The position numbers were made by a program, and so were the translations under genes. From positions 160,001 through 224,000 of the forward strand of contig JACQIB010000005.1 in the NCBI GenBank assembly GCA_016198755.1: a stretch of DNA of 64,000 bases, written 5' to 3'. The notes below the pieces were generated by a model. The model saw nothing but the letters and a program-made list of their open reading frames with translations, was not told the DNA's origin and made no database searches. Origin of the DNA: Candidatus Aenigmatarchaeota archaeon. GTDB taxonomy: Archaea; Aenigmatarchaeota; Aenigmatarchaeia; Aenigmatarchaeales; JACQIB01. This document shows, piece after piece, positions 1-10,110 of this stretch. Position 1 is the first letter of the stretch, and each line of letters begins with the position of its first letter.

Positions 1-35
1 AACTTCCTGCTACCTGCGATAAAAACAGATTTCAT
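1..35 (-). CDS. N-terminal fragment of an unknown protein (MKSVFIAGSRK...), runs off the window
   Basis: ATG at 35 with an AT-rich TATA-like element upstream; only 11 codons visible. Confidence 0.45.
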   Translation of the reverse strand, partial: MKSVFIAGSRK

Positions 36-66
36 AAGCCTTATTTAATATCTCTTTATTTAAGCC

Positions 67-2574
67 TTAAGCAGACAGACCAGCCTCTTTTCTTAACAAA
101 GCTGCCATGTCTGTGCGCTCCCAGGTAAAGTCTGGGTCGTTCCTTCCAAAATGGCCGAAAGCTGAGGTTTTTTTGTAGATTGGCCTGCGAAGATTGAGAT
201 GGCTTATTATTGAGGCTGGGCGGAAGTCAAACTGTTTCTTTACAAGTTCTTCAATTTTTTCCTCTGGGAGCTTGTTTGTTCCAAAGGTGTTTACTGTGAT
301 TGAAACTGGGTGGGCAACACCTATAGCATAGGCAACCTGTATTTCACATTTGTCTGCTAAGCCTGCTGCTACAACATTTTTAGCAACATAACGGGCCATG
401 TAAGCCGCTGAACGGTCAACTTTTGTCGGGTCCTTTCCTGAGTTATGCACCACAAAACCGTTTGCTGTGAAAGCATGGGTTACAGGAATGTTGAGGTCAT
501 ATGTACGATTGAAAGAAGGGATTTTGCGGGAAGCTTTTGTATAGTAATGCTTCATGAAAAAGAGCTGTTTTAGGTAATCGAACTCCGGATCGCTTTTTAG
601 GAAGCTTTCATAAGCGTTCAAAAAGTCTTTTAACTTTTCATATGTAAGTTCTTTTGTTGCTTTGCCTTCAAATTTCCTTGTAAAGCGACTTATTTGAGCA
701 ATATCACTTCTCTGCTCCAGAACCGGAAGTTTTTTGAAAAGGCGTTTTATCCTCTGCCTCTGGTTTGGTATAACAGAACGGTCTGTTTTGTTTTCCAGCG
801 ATACTCTGTTCAATATTGCTTGTTTTCTTGGAAGTTGAAAACCCACTTCATTTTTGAAAATTCTAATGCTATCTGTGCCTTTTATTATCACATTATAAAG
901 TGCATGCTGGCTTGTTATTTTTCTTCCCCTGATTTCAGAGACTTTTCCAGGTTCAGTTTTGCATATGTGGGATATTATTCCGAAATTTAAAAGCAGGAGC
1001 TGAACATCTTCTGCAAGCTGCTTACTTGTTGTTGCTAAATGTGCTCTGGGAGAGGTTTTGTTTCTGCCGTCAATTCTAACAGATCCATCTGTGTCAAAAA
1101 GGCCGCGCAGAAAAGCGGCAACATTTGATTTTGTACCATTCCATATAGCCTCCGGTACAGTTTTATCAAAGGAACGCAGCCTTTTCAAGCCTATGAACTC
1201 AAGATATGCACGCAGTTCTACTCCACCCATATACGCCCAGTGACCGTATGCCTTACCCTTATCTCCAAAGAGGCGAAGGAAAAGCTCTTGCACATTTCTT
1301 TTTTGTTCTTCTTCACAGATACAAATTCTTATGCATCCTTCATCTGTACAATCCCCATCACCTACAAGCAGACCAAGCAAATAGGCATAATCATCTGTAA
1401 GCTTGTCTGGAAAGCTGTATTTTTTCTTTCGTCCTTCTGCTGTACCTTCTTTGTAAGAAAACTTGAATTTTCCAATATCCCCATTCCCAAATAACCTGTC
1501 TTTTTTCTGTATAGGCAATATATCCCCGGGCATTATTTCACTCATGGATTTCCATATATAATTTCCTTCTGAATCGAGAACTCTTATCTGGTGGTTGGGT
1601 GTGGCTTCCAGACTATATCCATCTGAAGTTAACAAAAGCATTGTTTCTTTTGTTCCATTGTCCCACCACTCTCCTGCAGGCATAGGGTGCACATCTGTTT
1701 TTACCAGTGTTCCAACTAGGGGTTTGCACTCCTCTATTTTTCTTGTTCCTTTGTCTGTATTTATTCTGCTATGCCCAGCAAGGCAGAATGCACCTCCTCC
1801 ATGCCTGCCCATTCCACCGTAAGTGTCCATTATTATTTTTCTTCCTGTAACTCCAGAATCTCCTGGAGGGCCTCCTATAATAAATTTTCCGGTAGAGTTT
1901 ATGTGGAACTGTGTTTCAGAATCTATCCATTTCCCGCATACAGGTTTTATCACTTTTTCAATAACATCACTTTTCAGCTTCTCATAAGTAACATCTGGAG
2001 AGTGCTGGATTGCTATAACAATTGTTGTTACTCTTTTAGGAACACTGCCCTCATACTCTACTGTTACTTGAGACTTCCCGTCTGGCCTTGCCCATGAAAG
2101 TTCACCTGAGCGGCGGGCTTCTGAAAGTTTCTGTGTTAATCTGTGAGCCAGAATAATTGGTAGTGGCATTAATTCTGGGGTTTCATTGGAAGCGTAACCA
2201 AACATTAAACCTTGGTCTCCTGCACCCTGTTCCCTCGCTTCAGTTGCTGTAACTCCCTGTGATATGTCTGGACTCTGCTCATGCAAAGCAACTAAAACAG
2301 CACAACTGTCTGCATCAAATCCATACTCAGGCTTGTCATATCCAACCTGCCTTATTGTATTGCGGACAACGCCCTGAACATCAATATAACCTTTTGTTGT
2401 AACCTCCCCTGCAACAACAATTAAACCTGTTGTGGTCAGGGTTTCTACAGCCACGCGGGAAAAGGGATCCTGCTTGAAAAGTGCATCCAGTACTGAGTCT
2501 GATATTTGGTCACAAATTTTGTCCGGATGACCTTCTGTTACCGACTCTGATGTAAACAAAGATGTTTTGCCCAT
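67..2574 (-). CDS. metK: Bacterial/eukaryal-type S-adenosylmethionine synthetase, interrupted by an intein
   Basis: [24 protein letters not shown]...[14 protein letters not shown] and FGHFGR motifs; start taken at MGKTSLF. Confidence 0.97.
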   Translation of the reverse strand: MGKTSLFTSESVTEGHPDKICDQISDSVLDALFKQDPFSRVAVETLTTTGLIVVAGEVTTKGYIDVQGVVRNTIRQVGYDKPEYGFDADSCAVLVALHEQSPDISQGVTATEAREQGAGDQGLMFGYASNETPELMPLPIILAHRLTQKLSEARRSGELSWARPDGKSQVTVEYEGSVPKRVTTIVIAIQHSPDVTYEKLKSDVIEKVIKPVCGKWIDSETQFHINSTGKFIIGGPPGDSGVTGRKIIMDTYGGMGRHGGGAFCLAGHSRINTDKGTRKIEECKPLVGTLVKTDVHPMPAGEWWDNGTKETMLLLTSDGYSLEATPNHQIRVLDSEGNYIWKSMSEIMPGDILPIQKKDRLFGNGDIGKFKFSYKEGTAEGRKKKYSFPDKLTDDYAYLLGLLVGDGDCTDEGCIRICICEEEQKRNVQELFLRLFGDKGKAYGHWAYMGGVELRAYLEFIGLKRLRSFDKTVPEAIWNGTKSNVAAFLRGLFDTDGSVRIDGRNKTSPRAHLATTSKQLAEDVQLLLLNFGIISHICKTEPGKVSEIRGRKITSQHALYNVIIKGTDSIRIFKNEVGFQLPRKQAILNRVSLENKTDRSVIPNQRQRIKRLFKKLPVLEQRSDIAQISRFTRKFEGKATKELTYEKLKDFLNAYESFLKSDPEFDYLKQLFFMKHYYTKASRKIPSFNRTYDLNIPVTHAFTANGFVVHNSGKDPTKVDRSAAYMARYVAKNVVAAGLADKCEIQVAYAIGVAHPVSITVNTFGTNKLPEEKIEELVKKQFDFRPASIISHLNLRRPIYKKTSAFGHFGRNDPDFTWERTDMAALLRKEAGLSA
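442..1785 (-). mobile_element. 448-aa intein with LAGLIDADG homing endonuclease
   Basis: Starts CLAGHS, block [19 protein letters not shown] helices [10 protein letters not shown] and [10 protein letters not shown], ends FVVHN followed by Ser+1. Confidence 0.96.
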
Positions 2575-2671
2575 TAAATCACCTTTCACTTTCCTAGGGC
2601 AGAAAGTATAAAAAGCTTACTGTAGATTTGATTCTTATAAGAATAAATATATGCTTATATGAATATTTTAT

Positions 2672-3235
2672 ATGATTCAGGAGCTGTCTGAGATAAAGAA
2701 AAGGAGGAAAGCGGCTGGGCTTACGCAGGATTCGCTTTCAAAACTATCGGGTGTTAGTCAGGCTGCTATAGCAAAAATTGAGGCTGGAAAAATTGACCCT
2801 GGATACAGTTCTGTGAAAGCTATTTTCGGGGCTTTGGAAAAGGTTGGGAAGGGGAGGGCTGGAGTTGCAGGGGATATAGCAAATAAAAGGGTTTTGTTTG
2901 TGGGTGGGGGGGAAAGTGTGGGGAATGTTATAAAGCTGCTGAAAAGGAGGGGAATTTCCCAGATACCTGTTATTGAACAGGGTAAGGTTTTGGGGAGTAT
3001 TTCAGAAAAAACAATACTGGATGAAATTGCAAAGGGAAAGAACATGGAAGAACTGTCAAAGGATAGGGTAGAAAAAATAATGGACTCTCAGTTTCCTATA
3101 GTAGACAGAAAAACAGGTATAGGAATTGTGGAGGGGCTGTTAAGAGAAAATAATGCGGTTTTGGTAAGTGAGAGGGGTAGGATTTTTGGTATTATAACAA
3201 AATCTGATTTATTGAAGCTTGTTAGGAAGGTTTAG
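2672..3235 (+). CDS. XRE-HTH plus CBS-pair transcriptional regulator (COG3620-like)
   Basis: GLTQDSLSKLSGVSQAAIAKIE HTH; ISQIPVI and GIITKSDLL CBS motifs. Confidence 0.9.
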   Translation: MIQELSEIKKRRKAAGLTQDSLSKLSGVSQAAIAKIEAGKIDPGYSSVKAIFGALEKVGKGRAGVAGDIANKRVLFVGGGESVGNVIKLLKRRGISQIPVIEQGKVLGSISEKTILDEIAKGKNMEELSKDRVEKIMDSQFPIVDRKTGIGIVEGLLRENNAVLVSERGRIFGIITKSDLLKLVRKV

Positions 3236-4408
3236 GGAACGTAGGGCAGACATGTAAGATGAATGATCATATTTCCAGCTCATGTTTTTTGGATCAAAAT
3301 GTTCATGATACTTAAAGCGTAAATCATCTTGTGTTTTCCAGAATTTGTTTTTGGATTCCTCATAACTCTGCCAAATATAGTGGTTATGGCCATCTAGTTT
3401 TATGGAATCTGATATTACGTTCATAAATATTCTTGTTATGTTTTTTTGGTTGGTGAGTATATAGAAAACTGCGTGCCTACTGTTGTCACGTGAGGGATAT
3501 ACTATTGTTTTTACAGCATATTTGCTTATTTTCCTTGTTAATTCACTAAGATTCACATTGGGCTTAAGATCTAACATTAAGTGAAGTGTTATGTTCTCAC
3601 CTGAATACAGGGGATCGTATATTATTTTCATCTGCTGGAAAAGTTCATCGAAATTCTGCTCAAATGAATGTAATCCCTCTTTTATTTTGCCGGAAGTTAT
3701 TCCTGTTGGATTATAATGGACAGCTGACTTTCCGAGATTTTTCCTAAGGGATCTGGAAAGGTTTGAAATGGAATTAAAATTCCTGTTCATTTCAAATGCA
3801 AGGGGTAGCAAAATAGGGTTTTTCTTTATGTGGGGGTGGATGGATGCTGAGTATTCCTTTTTCATTGACTTTTCCAGAAGTTCGAAAGGATGTTCACCAT
3901 GCTCAAAGTCTGCATCAACAAAATTCCCGTCATTGTCAAGTATTTTGTGGAGAGGGGAATATATGTTTACAGAAGCGTTTGGCATATGTATATCATAGTT
4001 GTCTATTAGCTTGGATTTTTTTGCCTGTTCCCAGAAGGTTTTGAAAGAGGATAAATGGCCATCTGGTATTGTATAGAATATTATATTGCACTTGCTGTTA
4101 TTGTTGAATTCAAACCCTTCAGCTATGTAAGATCTGTACGGGAGTATGCTTAGCAGGGCATTATTCTTCACATTCCATGCTGTTAGTATAACAAGATTCA
4201 GACCAAAGCTTTCGTACCTTGGATATGGATAATATTGAAAACCATGCCTTCTAAGAGAGTTTAGCCAGCGGCGCACAGTCCTCTCAGTAACATTGTTTCC
4301 CTGCGAGTTCAGCATTTCAGTCATTTCCTTTGGCTGAAGCAATTTTTTGCTGTGGGAAAGAAGGTATGCAAATTCTAAAAGTTTTTTATTGAAAGCGTGC
4401 TTTACCAT
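3209..4408 (-). CDS. Putative winged-helix regulator, possibly with Lrp/AsnC-like C-terminal domains
   Basis: VTERTVRRWLNSL helix near the N-terminus; start taken at MVKHAF. Confidence 0.55.
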   Translation of the reverse strand: MVKHAFNKKLLEFAYLLSHSKKLLQPKEMTEMLNSQGNNVTERTVRRWLNSLRRHGFQYYPYPRYESFGLNLVILTAWNVKNNALLSILPYRSYIAEGFEFNNNSKCNIIFYTIPDGHLSSFKTFWEQAKKSKLIDNYDIHMPNASVNIYSPLHKILDNDGNFVDADFEHGEHPFELLEKSMKKEYSASIHPHIKKNPILLPLAFEMNRNFNSISNLSRSLRKNLGKSAVHYNPTGITSGKIKEGLHSFEQNFDELFQQMKIIYDPLYSGENITLHLMLDLKPNVNLSELTRKISKYAVKTIVYPSRDNSRHAVFYILTNQKNITRIFMNVISDSIKLDGHNHYIWQSYEESKNKFWKTQDDLRFKYHEHFDPKNMSWKYDHSSYMSALRSLNLPNKLQ

Positions 4409-4529
4409 ACTCTCTATATTGGACAGAATATTAATATAAACAAGTATTATTGTCAGTAGATTTAAAAACTTTGTCTTAACTTTATATATCCGTTGCAAGT
4501 TTATAAGTCTGTACTATGATAGTTTTAGT

Positions 4530-5735
4530 ATGGCTGTAAAGGCTGGATGGGTTGTTTTTATAATATTGTTGGCTGTACCAACTATGTTGATTGCTGCCCA
4601 GTTTGGGAATATACTTGATAGTTCTACTGTACTTCCGTTTTCAAACTCATTTGCACTGTTTAATCTAAAAGCGAGCGTGGAAAACCCTTCTGCATGTTCT
4701 TCAGATAAGCCTGGAAACTGTTTTACAAGTTCACTCTGCTCACAAGCCGGATTGCAGTGGTGCGGATCTAGTTTTATGTCAGGGTATTGTTCAGCAAGCT
4801 GCGGAACCTGCTCTTCAACAACGCCTTCGAGCTGTTTTTCTGCACAGTCATGTACTGGAGCAGGGGCAAACTGGTGTAGGACTGCTATAAACGGGGATGG
4901 TTCTGTCTCCGGATATTGTTCATCCGGTAGTTGCCGTGTATGCTCTTCATCAGATTTTGGGTCGTGTATTGATTCTGCAAGCTGCTTTTCTGTGGGTGGA
5001 GCATGGTATCCAATGCCCAGCAACTGGGCTACTTATGGACCAACTGGATGGTGTGGTGCCCCAGGATACACACAACCTGTATGCAGCTCTGCAATGCCAG
5101 ATATATGTAGTACAGAGAATTCCTGTTTGGGAACTGGGGGAAAATGGTGCACTGTATCTGCCCCATCAGGAACTTTAGGATTTTGTAAGTCCACGGCCTG
5201 CCCAACAGAACAAACAACAGAAGTTTTGAGAACATTTGTTTTTGATAAAAGCGGGATAGCCGTAATACCATTGGATGATACAAAGAATATTTACTTCCCA
5301 TTAACTGGAACTGGGTATATAGAAGTGCCTTTGCTGGATGGAACTATATACAGATATTCTGCTAATCCTGCTGATCCGCCACAACCATTGCCATTTCCGG
5401 ATTTTACTGGGAACATAAAGATAGAGAATTCTGTTATAATACATGGGTATGGGCAGAAAAGGACAATAATTGTTCCAAACAATCCGCTTGGTCCTGTGCT
5501 TGTGCCAATGGAAGGGGGTGGAGGATTTTTAGTGGCTCTTAAGGACTCTATATCAGGCAGGGTTTCAGGGTATTATAGTATGAAGGGAACTGTAACTATG
5601 GGAGAAGGAAATATGATATACTCTTACAAGAATAACTGTATAGTTTCAACCACAAAGAAGTTCTCAGCATATTGGAAAGATTTTGGATCACAGCTTGATA
5701 GCTTCATAAACATCAAGTGTCCGGCAATGCCTTAA
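4530..5735 (+). CDS. Secreted or anchored Cys-rich repeat protein
   Basis: N-terminal hydrophobic segment; about 4 repeats of CSSxxPxxCxxxxxCxxxGxxWC...GYC. Confidence 0.8.
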   Translation: MAVKAGWVVFIILLAVPTMLIAAQFGNILDSSTVLPFSNSFALFNLKASVENPSACSSDKPGNCFTSSLCSQAGLQWCGSSFMSGYCSASCGTCSSTTPSSCFSAQSCTGAGANWCRTAINGDGSVSGYCSSGSCRVCSSSDFGSCIDSASCFSVGGAWYPMPSNWATYGPTGWCGAPGYTQPVCSSAMPDICSTENSCLGTGGKWCTVSAPSGTLGFCKSTACPTEQTTEVLRTFVFDKSGIAVIPLDDTKNIYFPLTGTGYIEVPLLDGTIYRYSANPADPPQPLPFPDFTGNIKIENSVIIHGYGQKRTIIVPNNPLGPVLVPMEGGGGFLVALKDSISGRVSGYYSMKGTVTMGEGNMIYSYKNNCIVSTTKKFSAYWKDFGSQLDSFINIKCPAMP

Positions 5736-5838
5736 TTGGAATATTTCTGTATACTACTTCAAAGTGGGAGTGACATTTTATATGTAATAGCTGTCAATAG
5801 TTTATTGACAAGTGGGGAGAAAAATTGTCAGTGGGAAA

Positions 5839-6582
5839 ATGGATTGGAAAATCGTAATTCCGATAGTGCTTGTAGCAGCTGTCTTAGTTTTAGGTATAGC
5901 TTCTGGAGGGATGGGAACAGGAGGTTTCAATATAGCTTCTGCTGAAGCTGCAAAAGAACAGGGTGTAAAAGCTTCGCCTGCTGCTTTGCAGTTTGAAGAA
6001 AACAGCTTCAAAAGCAAGATAAACTTTCTTGGAAAGGATCAGTATAATTTTAAGAAGTTTCTGGGAGAGGGAGAGACTGGACCTGTTTTAATATACTATA
6101 GAAGCTTCAGGGGAGGGTTTGAATGGAAGATTACACTTTCTTCAGGATCCGGGAAGTTCTTGGTTTACAAAGAGTATAAGAGTGTGGTTCCGCTGAAAGC
6201 AGAAAAAAACAGCATACTTGGTGGAAAAGAGCTGTTGCCTGCTGGAACTGCGTTTGAAAAGTTTGCGGGAAAAAGAGATTTCTTGGATTCCATAGAAGCT
6301 GCTGAAAAAGCAAAACAAATAGAAGAGGTTGCTGGAGCTACCGGAAGTTTTGGAGCTGATGAGTATTCTATGATTTTTGTTGGGAAAGAGCTTGGGGTTG
6401 CAAATCCTTATGGGGTTTCAGAGGATATTTGGACTGTTCTGTTCTTTGATAAGGCTGGAAAACTATGGGGAATAGTGGATCTTTCTGCTGGGGATGGCAG
6501 TGTATTAGGATATTATATAGGCGAGGAAGCTGCTAAAAACTTGGAAAAAAGAGCTCTGATAAAGGACGTTATAGCCAGGTAA
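5839..6582 (+). CDS. Membrane-anchored hypothetical protein
   Basis: N-terminal TM segment KIVIPIVLVAAVLVLGIA; long ORF. Confidence 0.7.
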   Translation: MDWKIVIPIVLVAAVLVLGIASGGMGTGGFNIASAEAAKEQGVKASPAALQFEENSFKSKINFLGKDQYNFKKFLGEGETGPVLIYYRSFRGGFEWKITLSSGSGKFLVYKEYKSVVPLKAEKNSILGGKELLPAGTAFEKFAGKRDFLDSIEAAEKAKQIEEVAGATGSFGADEYSMIFVGKELGVANPYGVSEDIWTVLFFDKAGKLWGIVDLSAGDGSVLGYYIGEEAAKNLEKRALIKDVIAR

Positions 6583-7549
6583 CATTAACTTCATCTGCTC
6601 TCCAAAATCTGTTTATTTTACTTTCTTGCAGCTTTGTTTCACCTGAACCCTTCCAGACTAAAAGCCCTGTCCATGCTATGTTTGCACCGCAGTCTGTTGC
6701 ATACTCAATTGGAACCAGGAAAGTTTTTGCACTGCGCTCTTCTGCCATTATATCCAGCATTTTCCTGAACCTTTTATTAGCTGCTACTCCGCCTACAAGT
6801 AAAATTTCTTTTTTCCCTGCATGGGCTAAAGCCCTTTCTGTAACTTCTGTTAGCATAGAGAAACAGGTTTCCTGCATGCTAAAAGCCAAATCCTCTTTTT
6901 TTGCCCCATTTTTCAAAAGCCTTACTGCTTCAGCAAGTATTCCTGAAAAAGAAACATCCATCCCCTTTACCACATATGGAAGCTCTATCCATTTGCCTTT
7001 GCTTGCCAATTCTTCAATTTTTGGGCCTCCTGGGTGAGGTATTCCAAGCTCCCGCGCAAATTGATCTAAACAGTTTCCAAGGGCAATATCCTGTGTTTCC
7101 CCAAGAATCCTGTAACTTCCCTCGATACAGGCTAGAATCTGCGTATTTCCTCCTGAAACATATAAAACCAAAGGATCAATGCAGCCTGTTGCCAGTTTTC
7201 CAATTTCTACATGTGCAACAGCATGGTTTACTCCAACCAAGGGTTTTTTCAGTTTCAGGGATAAGGCTCTTGCCACAGCAGCCCCAATTCTCAGGCACTG
7301 CGGTATTCCTGGTCCCTGGGAAAAGGCTACAATATCTATATCTTTTGCTGAAAGTTTTGCTTCTTTCAATGCGCTCTCTATTAAACCTGCAGCAAGGGAA
7401 GAATGGTGTTCGCCTGCTTCAGAAGGCTTTATTCCGCCTTTTTCAGGTTTGTACATATCGCGGGAATTTGCGAGAATTTTCCCTTCTGAGTTTGCTATTC
7501 CTACAGAAAAGGTATGTGCTGTAGCCTCAATACCCAAACAGATTACCAT
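6569..7549 (-). CDS. kae1: KEOPS t6A synthase Kae1
   Basis: CLGIEATAH, VNHAVAHVE, LYVSGGNTQ, GETQDIALGN and GGVAAN motifs. Confidence 0.96.
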   Translation of the reverse strand: MVICLGIEATAHTFSVGIANSEGKILANSRDMYKPEKGGIKPSEAGEHHSSLAAGLIESALKEAKLSAKDIDIVAFSQGPGIPQCLRIGAAVARALSLKLKKPLVGVNHAVAHVEIGKLATGCIDPLVLYVSGGNTQILACIEGSYRILGETQDIALGNCLDQFARELGIPHPGGPKIEELASKGKWIELPYVVKGMDVSFSGILAEAVRLLKNGAKKEDLAFSMQETCFSMLTEVTERALAHAGKKEILLVGGVAANKRFRKMLDIMAEERSAKTFLVPIEYATDCGANIAWTGLLVWKGSGETKLQESKINRFWRADEVNVTWL

Positions 7550-7586
7550 GGGAAAGGTTTGTAATCAAGAGAATAAATTTCTATCA

Positions 7587-9350
7587 TTATTTGGATTGGC
7601 TGGCTGGTGCATAGCTGCTTAGCTTTTCTATAACTGTGACCTCTTTGTTTAAAGTGTTGTCACCAATAGCATTTGTTTCTGCTTTAAAATAAATAAAGAA
7701 TTCACTTATTAGCGCTTTATAATTATCGGAAACTTTCAGGGGAATAGATTGACGTTCCTTGTCTCCAAGATATTGGGAACCGCAGCGGGGAATAAGTCCG
7801 GAAGATGAGGAACCGCAGCGGGGAATAAGTATTCCGGTTTCCCTAGTTATTGTTGTTTTGTTTTGGCGCTCATCACTGATCCAATTTTTCATTAAATCTG
7901 CATACCTTGCCAAGAGTATGCCTTTTCGTATTCCTGTATTCTGGAAGAAATCTGATTGTTTTTCTTCTAGATTAACTGCAACATCATTTCCATCTTTATT
8001 TCCTAATCTGTCTTCGTATGACACGGTAAGCTTCAGGTTAGTATCATTGGATAATTTTTTCAGCTTCAGTAAAACCAGACCGCCCCTGGTTTCTGCCCCC
8101 TCTTTTTTTGATGGGAAGAGTGTATTTATTTTCATAATGGTGCCCGTTGCCTCATTTGCTTCTGGGGAACCATAAACTTTTATTATCTCATATCCTTTTG
8201 CGTCCAGATTTAGTATTAAATTGAATATAAGAGGTGTTACCATAAATTCAAATTCGTTGTCCATTCTTTTCTTGAATTCTGGAGACGAGTGAACAGAATA
8301 ATAATTGGCCCCTCTGATTTTTGTTATTGCTTCCACCAATTCTGTATTGAAGTCAACACCTATGCCAATGAATGTAGTGTATATTTTATTATCTGCATTT
8401 TTCTTTGTTATATTAAATAAACCTTCCTCGCTAGTTTCCCCTATATTTGGCATAGCATCTGTCAGGAAAATTATCCTGTTCTCATATTCTGACTGGTCAG
8501 AACCTTCATATTCCTTAAACAGGTTTGCACCCATTTTCATGCCAGATTCCATATATGTGCCGCCCTGTGGCCCTATATCGTTAAGTATATGCTGCTTTAT
8601 TCTTTCTATGTCTGTATTTTCTACAAGATTCATGGGTTTTGCCAAATAAGCTTTGTCATCGAAGACAACCATTCCAAATCTATCGTCTTTTTTTAGGTGG
8701 TCGAGAAGTGATGATATAGCTTTCTTGGCTATCTCCATTTTGCTTTTTCCAGAGTCCTCGTCAGTTTTATTTGAACCCTCAACAGGCACTCTTCCCCCGA
8801 ACCTATCATAATAATATTCGTTGAATGCGGAGCCCATTGATCCGGAAATGTCCAAAACAATAATAAGATTCAGTTTTTTCCTGTGAAAGTCACTTTCTTT
8901 TATATTGGAATTCAAGCCTACTGACATATAATATTCATCCTTTTTTGAAAAGGGATCCCTTGAGATTGAATAGGTATAGGAGGGGCAGAATAATTTTGTG
9001 CATTCCTGCTTTTCACTTGTATCGAAATAATAGTCGTAAAAAAGGCCTTCATATGTTATATCTGTAGATAACGGTGTGTAGTTGTTTTTTATGTTTTCCC
9101 TGAAGTTATTGATATCCTTTGCACCACCAACAGAATAGCCAATTGATTCGGGAGATGCTGCGAAAGGCGATACAGACTGAGTGGGACTCAAAAGAGGTGA
9201 TGAAATCTGTTTCAATAGAGGTATTTCAAATATAGAGGGTGAAAATTGCCAGTCGTCCGTTTTTCCAGTTAACCCTGATTTTGGTATTAGAAAATATCCT
9301 GCAATAATAGCTATAACTATAATAGCAATTATCAGAGGTCGCTTTTCCAT
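7587..9350 (-). CDS. Membrane-anchored vWA-domain protein
   Basis: MIDAS motif LDISGSM and FLTDAMPN; N-terminal TM. Confidence 0.88.
   Translation of the reverse strand: MEKRPLIIAIIVIAIIAGYFLIPKSGLTGKTDDWQFSPSIFEIPLLKQISSPLLSPTQSVSPFAASPESIGYSVGGAKDINNFRENIKNNYTPLSTDITYEGLFYDYYFDTSEKQECTKLFCPSYTYSISRDPFSKKDEYYMSVGLNSNIKESDFHRKKLNLIIVLDISGSMGSAFNEYYYDRFGGRVPVEGSNKTDEDSGKSKMEIAKKAISSLLDHLKKDDRFGMVVFDDKAYLAKPMNLVENTDIERIKQHILNDIGPQGGTYMESGMKMGANLFKEYEGSDQSEYENRIIFLTDAMPNIGETSEEGLFNITKKNADNKIYTTFIGIGVDFNTELVEAITKIRGANYYSVHSSPEFKKRMDNEFEFMVTPLIFNLILNLDAKGYEIIKVYGSPEANEATGTIMKINTLFPSKKEGAETRGGLVLLKLKKLSNDTNLKLTVSYEDRLGNKDGNDVAVNLEEKQSDFFQNTGIRKGILLARYADLMKNWISDERQNKTTITRETGILIPRCGSSSSGLIPRCGSQYLGDKERQSIPLKVSDNYKALISEFFIYFKAETNAIGDNTLNKEVTVIEKLSSYAPASQSK
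7776..7830. repeat. 22-bp exact direct repeat GGAACCGCAGCGGGGAATAAGT (33-bp period) within the vWA gene
   Basis: Copies at 7776-7797 and 7809-7830; encodes LIPRCGS twice. Confidence 0.9.
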
Positions 9351-9384
9351 ATAAGACTATTGTTTTGGCGATATATAAATCGTC

Positions 9385-9567
9385 TTACTTCTTTATTTCA
9401 GAATAATGACATTTCCCACAATGGGTCCTGTTCTTATGTTCAGCCATAAAGGTTCCTGCGCCGCAGCGTGGGCAGAACTTTCCTGTCCTTTTCCCGCCTG
9501 AATATTTTTTCCATAACTGCACTATCTTGTGCTTGGATTTGCTGTGTGGTTTTTTTCCTTCTGCCAT
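9385..9567 (-). CDS. rps27ae: 30S ribosomal protein S27ae (eS31)
   Basis: [23 protein letters not shown] zinc ribbon; conserved operon context. Confidence 0.93.
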   Translation of the reverse strand: MAEGKKPHSKSKHKIVQLWKKYSGGKRTGKFCPRCGAGTFMAEHKNRTHCGKCHYSEIKK

Positions 9568-9579
9568 TTTTATTCACCT

Positions 9580-9852
9580 TTATTGTGCTGCTGGAGCTGG
9601 TGCAGCTTTCTTTTTCTTCTCGGGTGGTTTTTCATCCCAAACCCTTACAGATGCCCTGCCCATAGAACGTCCAAAATCAGTAATTAATGTCCTTATCTCC
9701 ACATTTTCAGCGGGGACGGATAAGGTTTTTGCAAGCTCGTCTGAAACTGCTTTTTTAGAGGGAGTTGCAGCACCCTCATAATCCAATTTAAGTGTAAGTT
9801 CCTTTCTTTTCAGAAGCGGATTTTCCTTTTGTTCAACTGTTTCAATCTTCAT
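9580..9852 (-). CDS. rps24e: 30S ribosomal protein S24e
   Basis: ENPLLKRKE and ATPS motifs. Confidence 0.92.
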   Translation of the reverse strand: MKIETVEQKENPLLKRKELTLKLDYEGAATPSKKAVSDELAKTLSVPAENVEIRTLITDFGRSMGRASVRVWDEKPPEKKKKAAPAPAAQ

Positions 9853-9856
9853 CTTA

Positions 9857-10039
9857 TCACTTTATTTTTATTGCGAACTTGCCTGGAGAGGTTAAACCTG
9901 CTTCCTTTGCAAGCTCAGAGTCAGGGTTAATTACCATTAGAGTTCCTTTCCATGAACGTGTCAGGTCAGAGCTTTTGCATATTGGACAGACATTCCCTTT
10001 AACAAGCCTTTTGCATGTTTTACAGGCTTTCTCTGGCAT
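9857..10039 (-). CDS. spt4: Transcription elongation factor Spt4 (RpoE'')
   Basis: ACKTCK...CPIC...WKG and PGKFAIK. Confidence 0.93.
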   Translation of the reverse strand: MPEKACKTCKRLVKGNVCPICKSSDLTRSWKGTLMVINPDSELAKEAGLTSPGKFAIKIK

Positions 10040-10110
10040 TATAAAAACCTCTTTATATTTTTGTTTTGAGAGGTTTTTGGAATGTTAAAAATCCCTAAGA
10101 TTTTTCCCAT

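Noticed and set aside
7776-7830. Mini CRISPR array
   Set aside because: Only two copies with an 11-bp spacer, in frame within a CDS, and no cas genes in the window.
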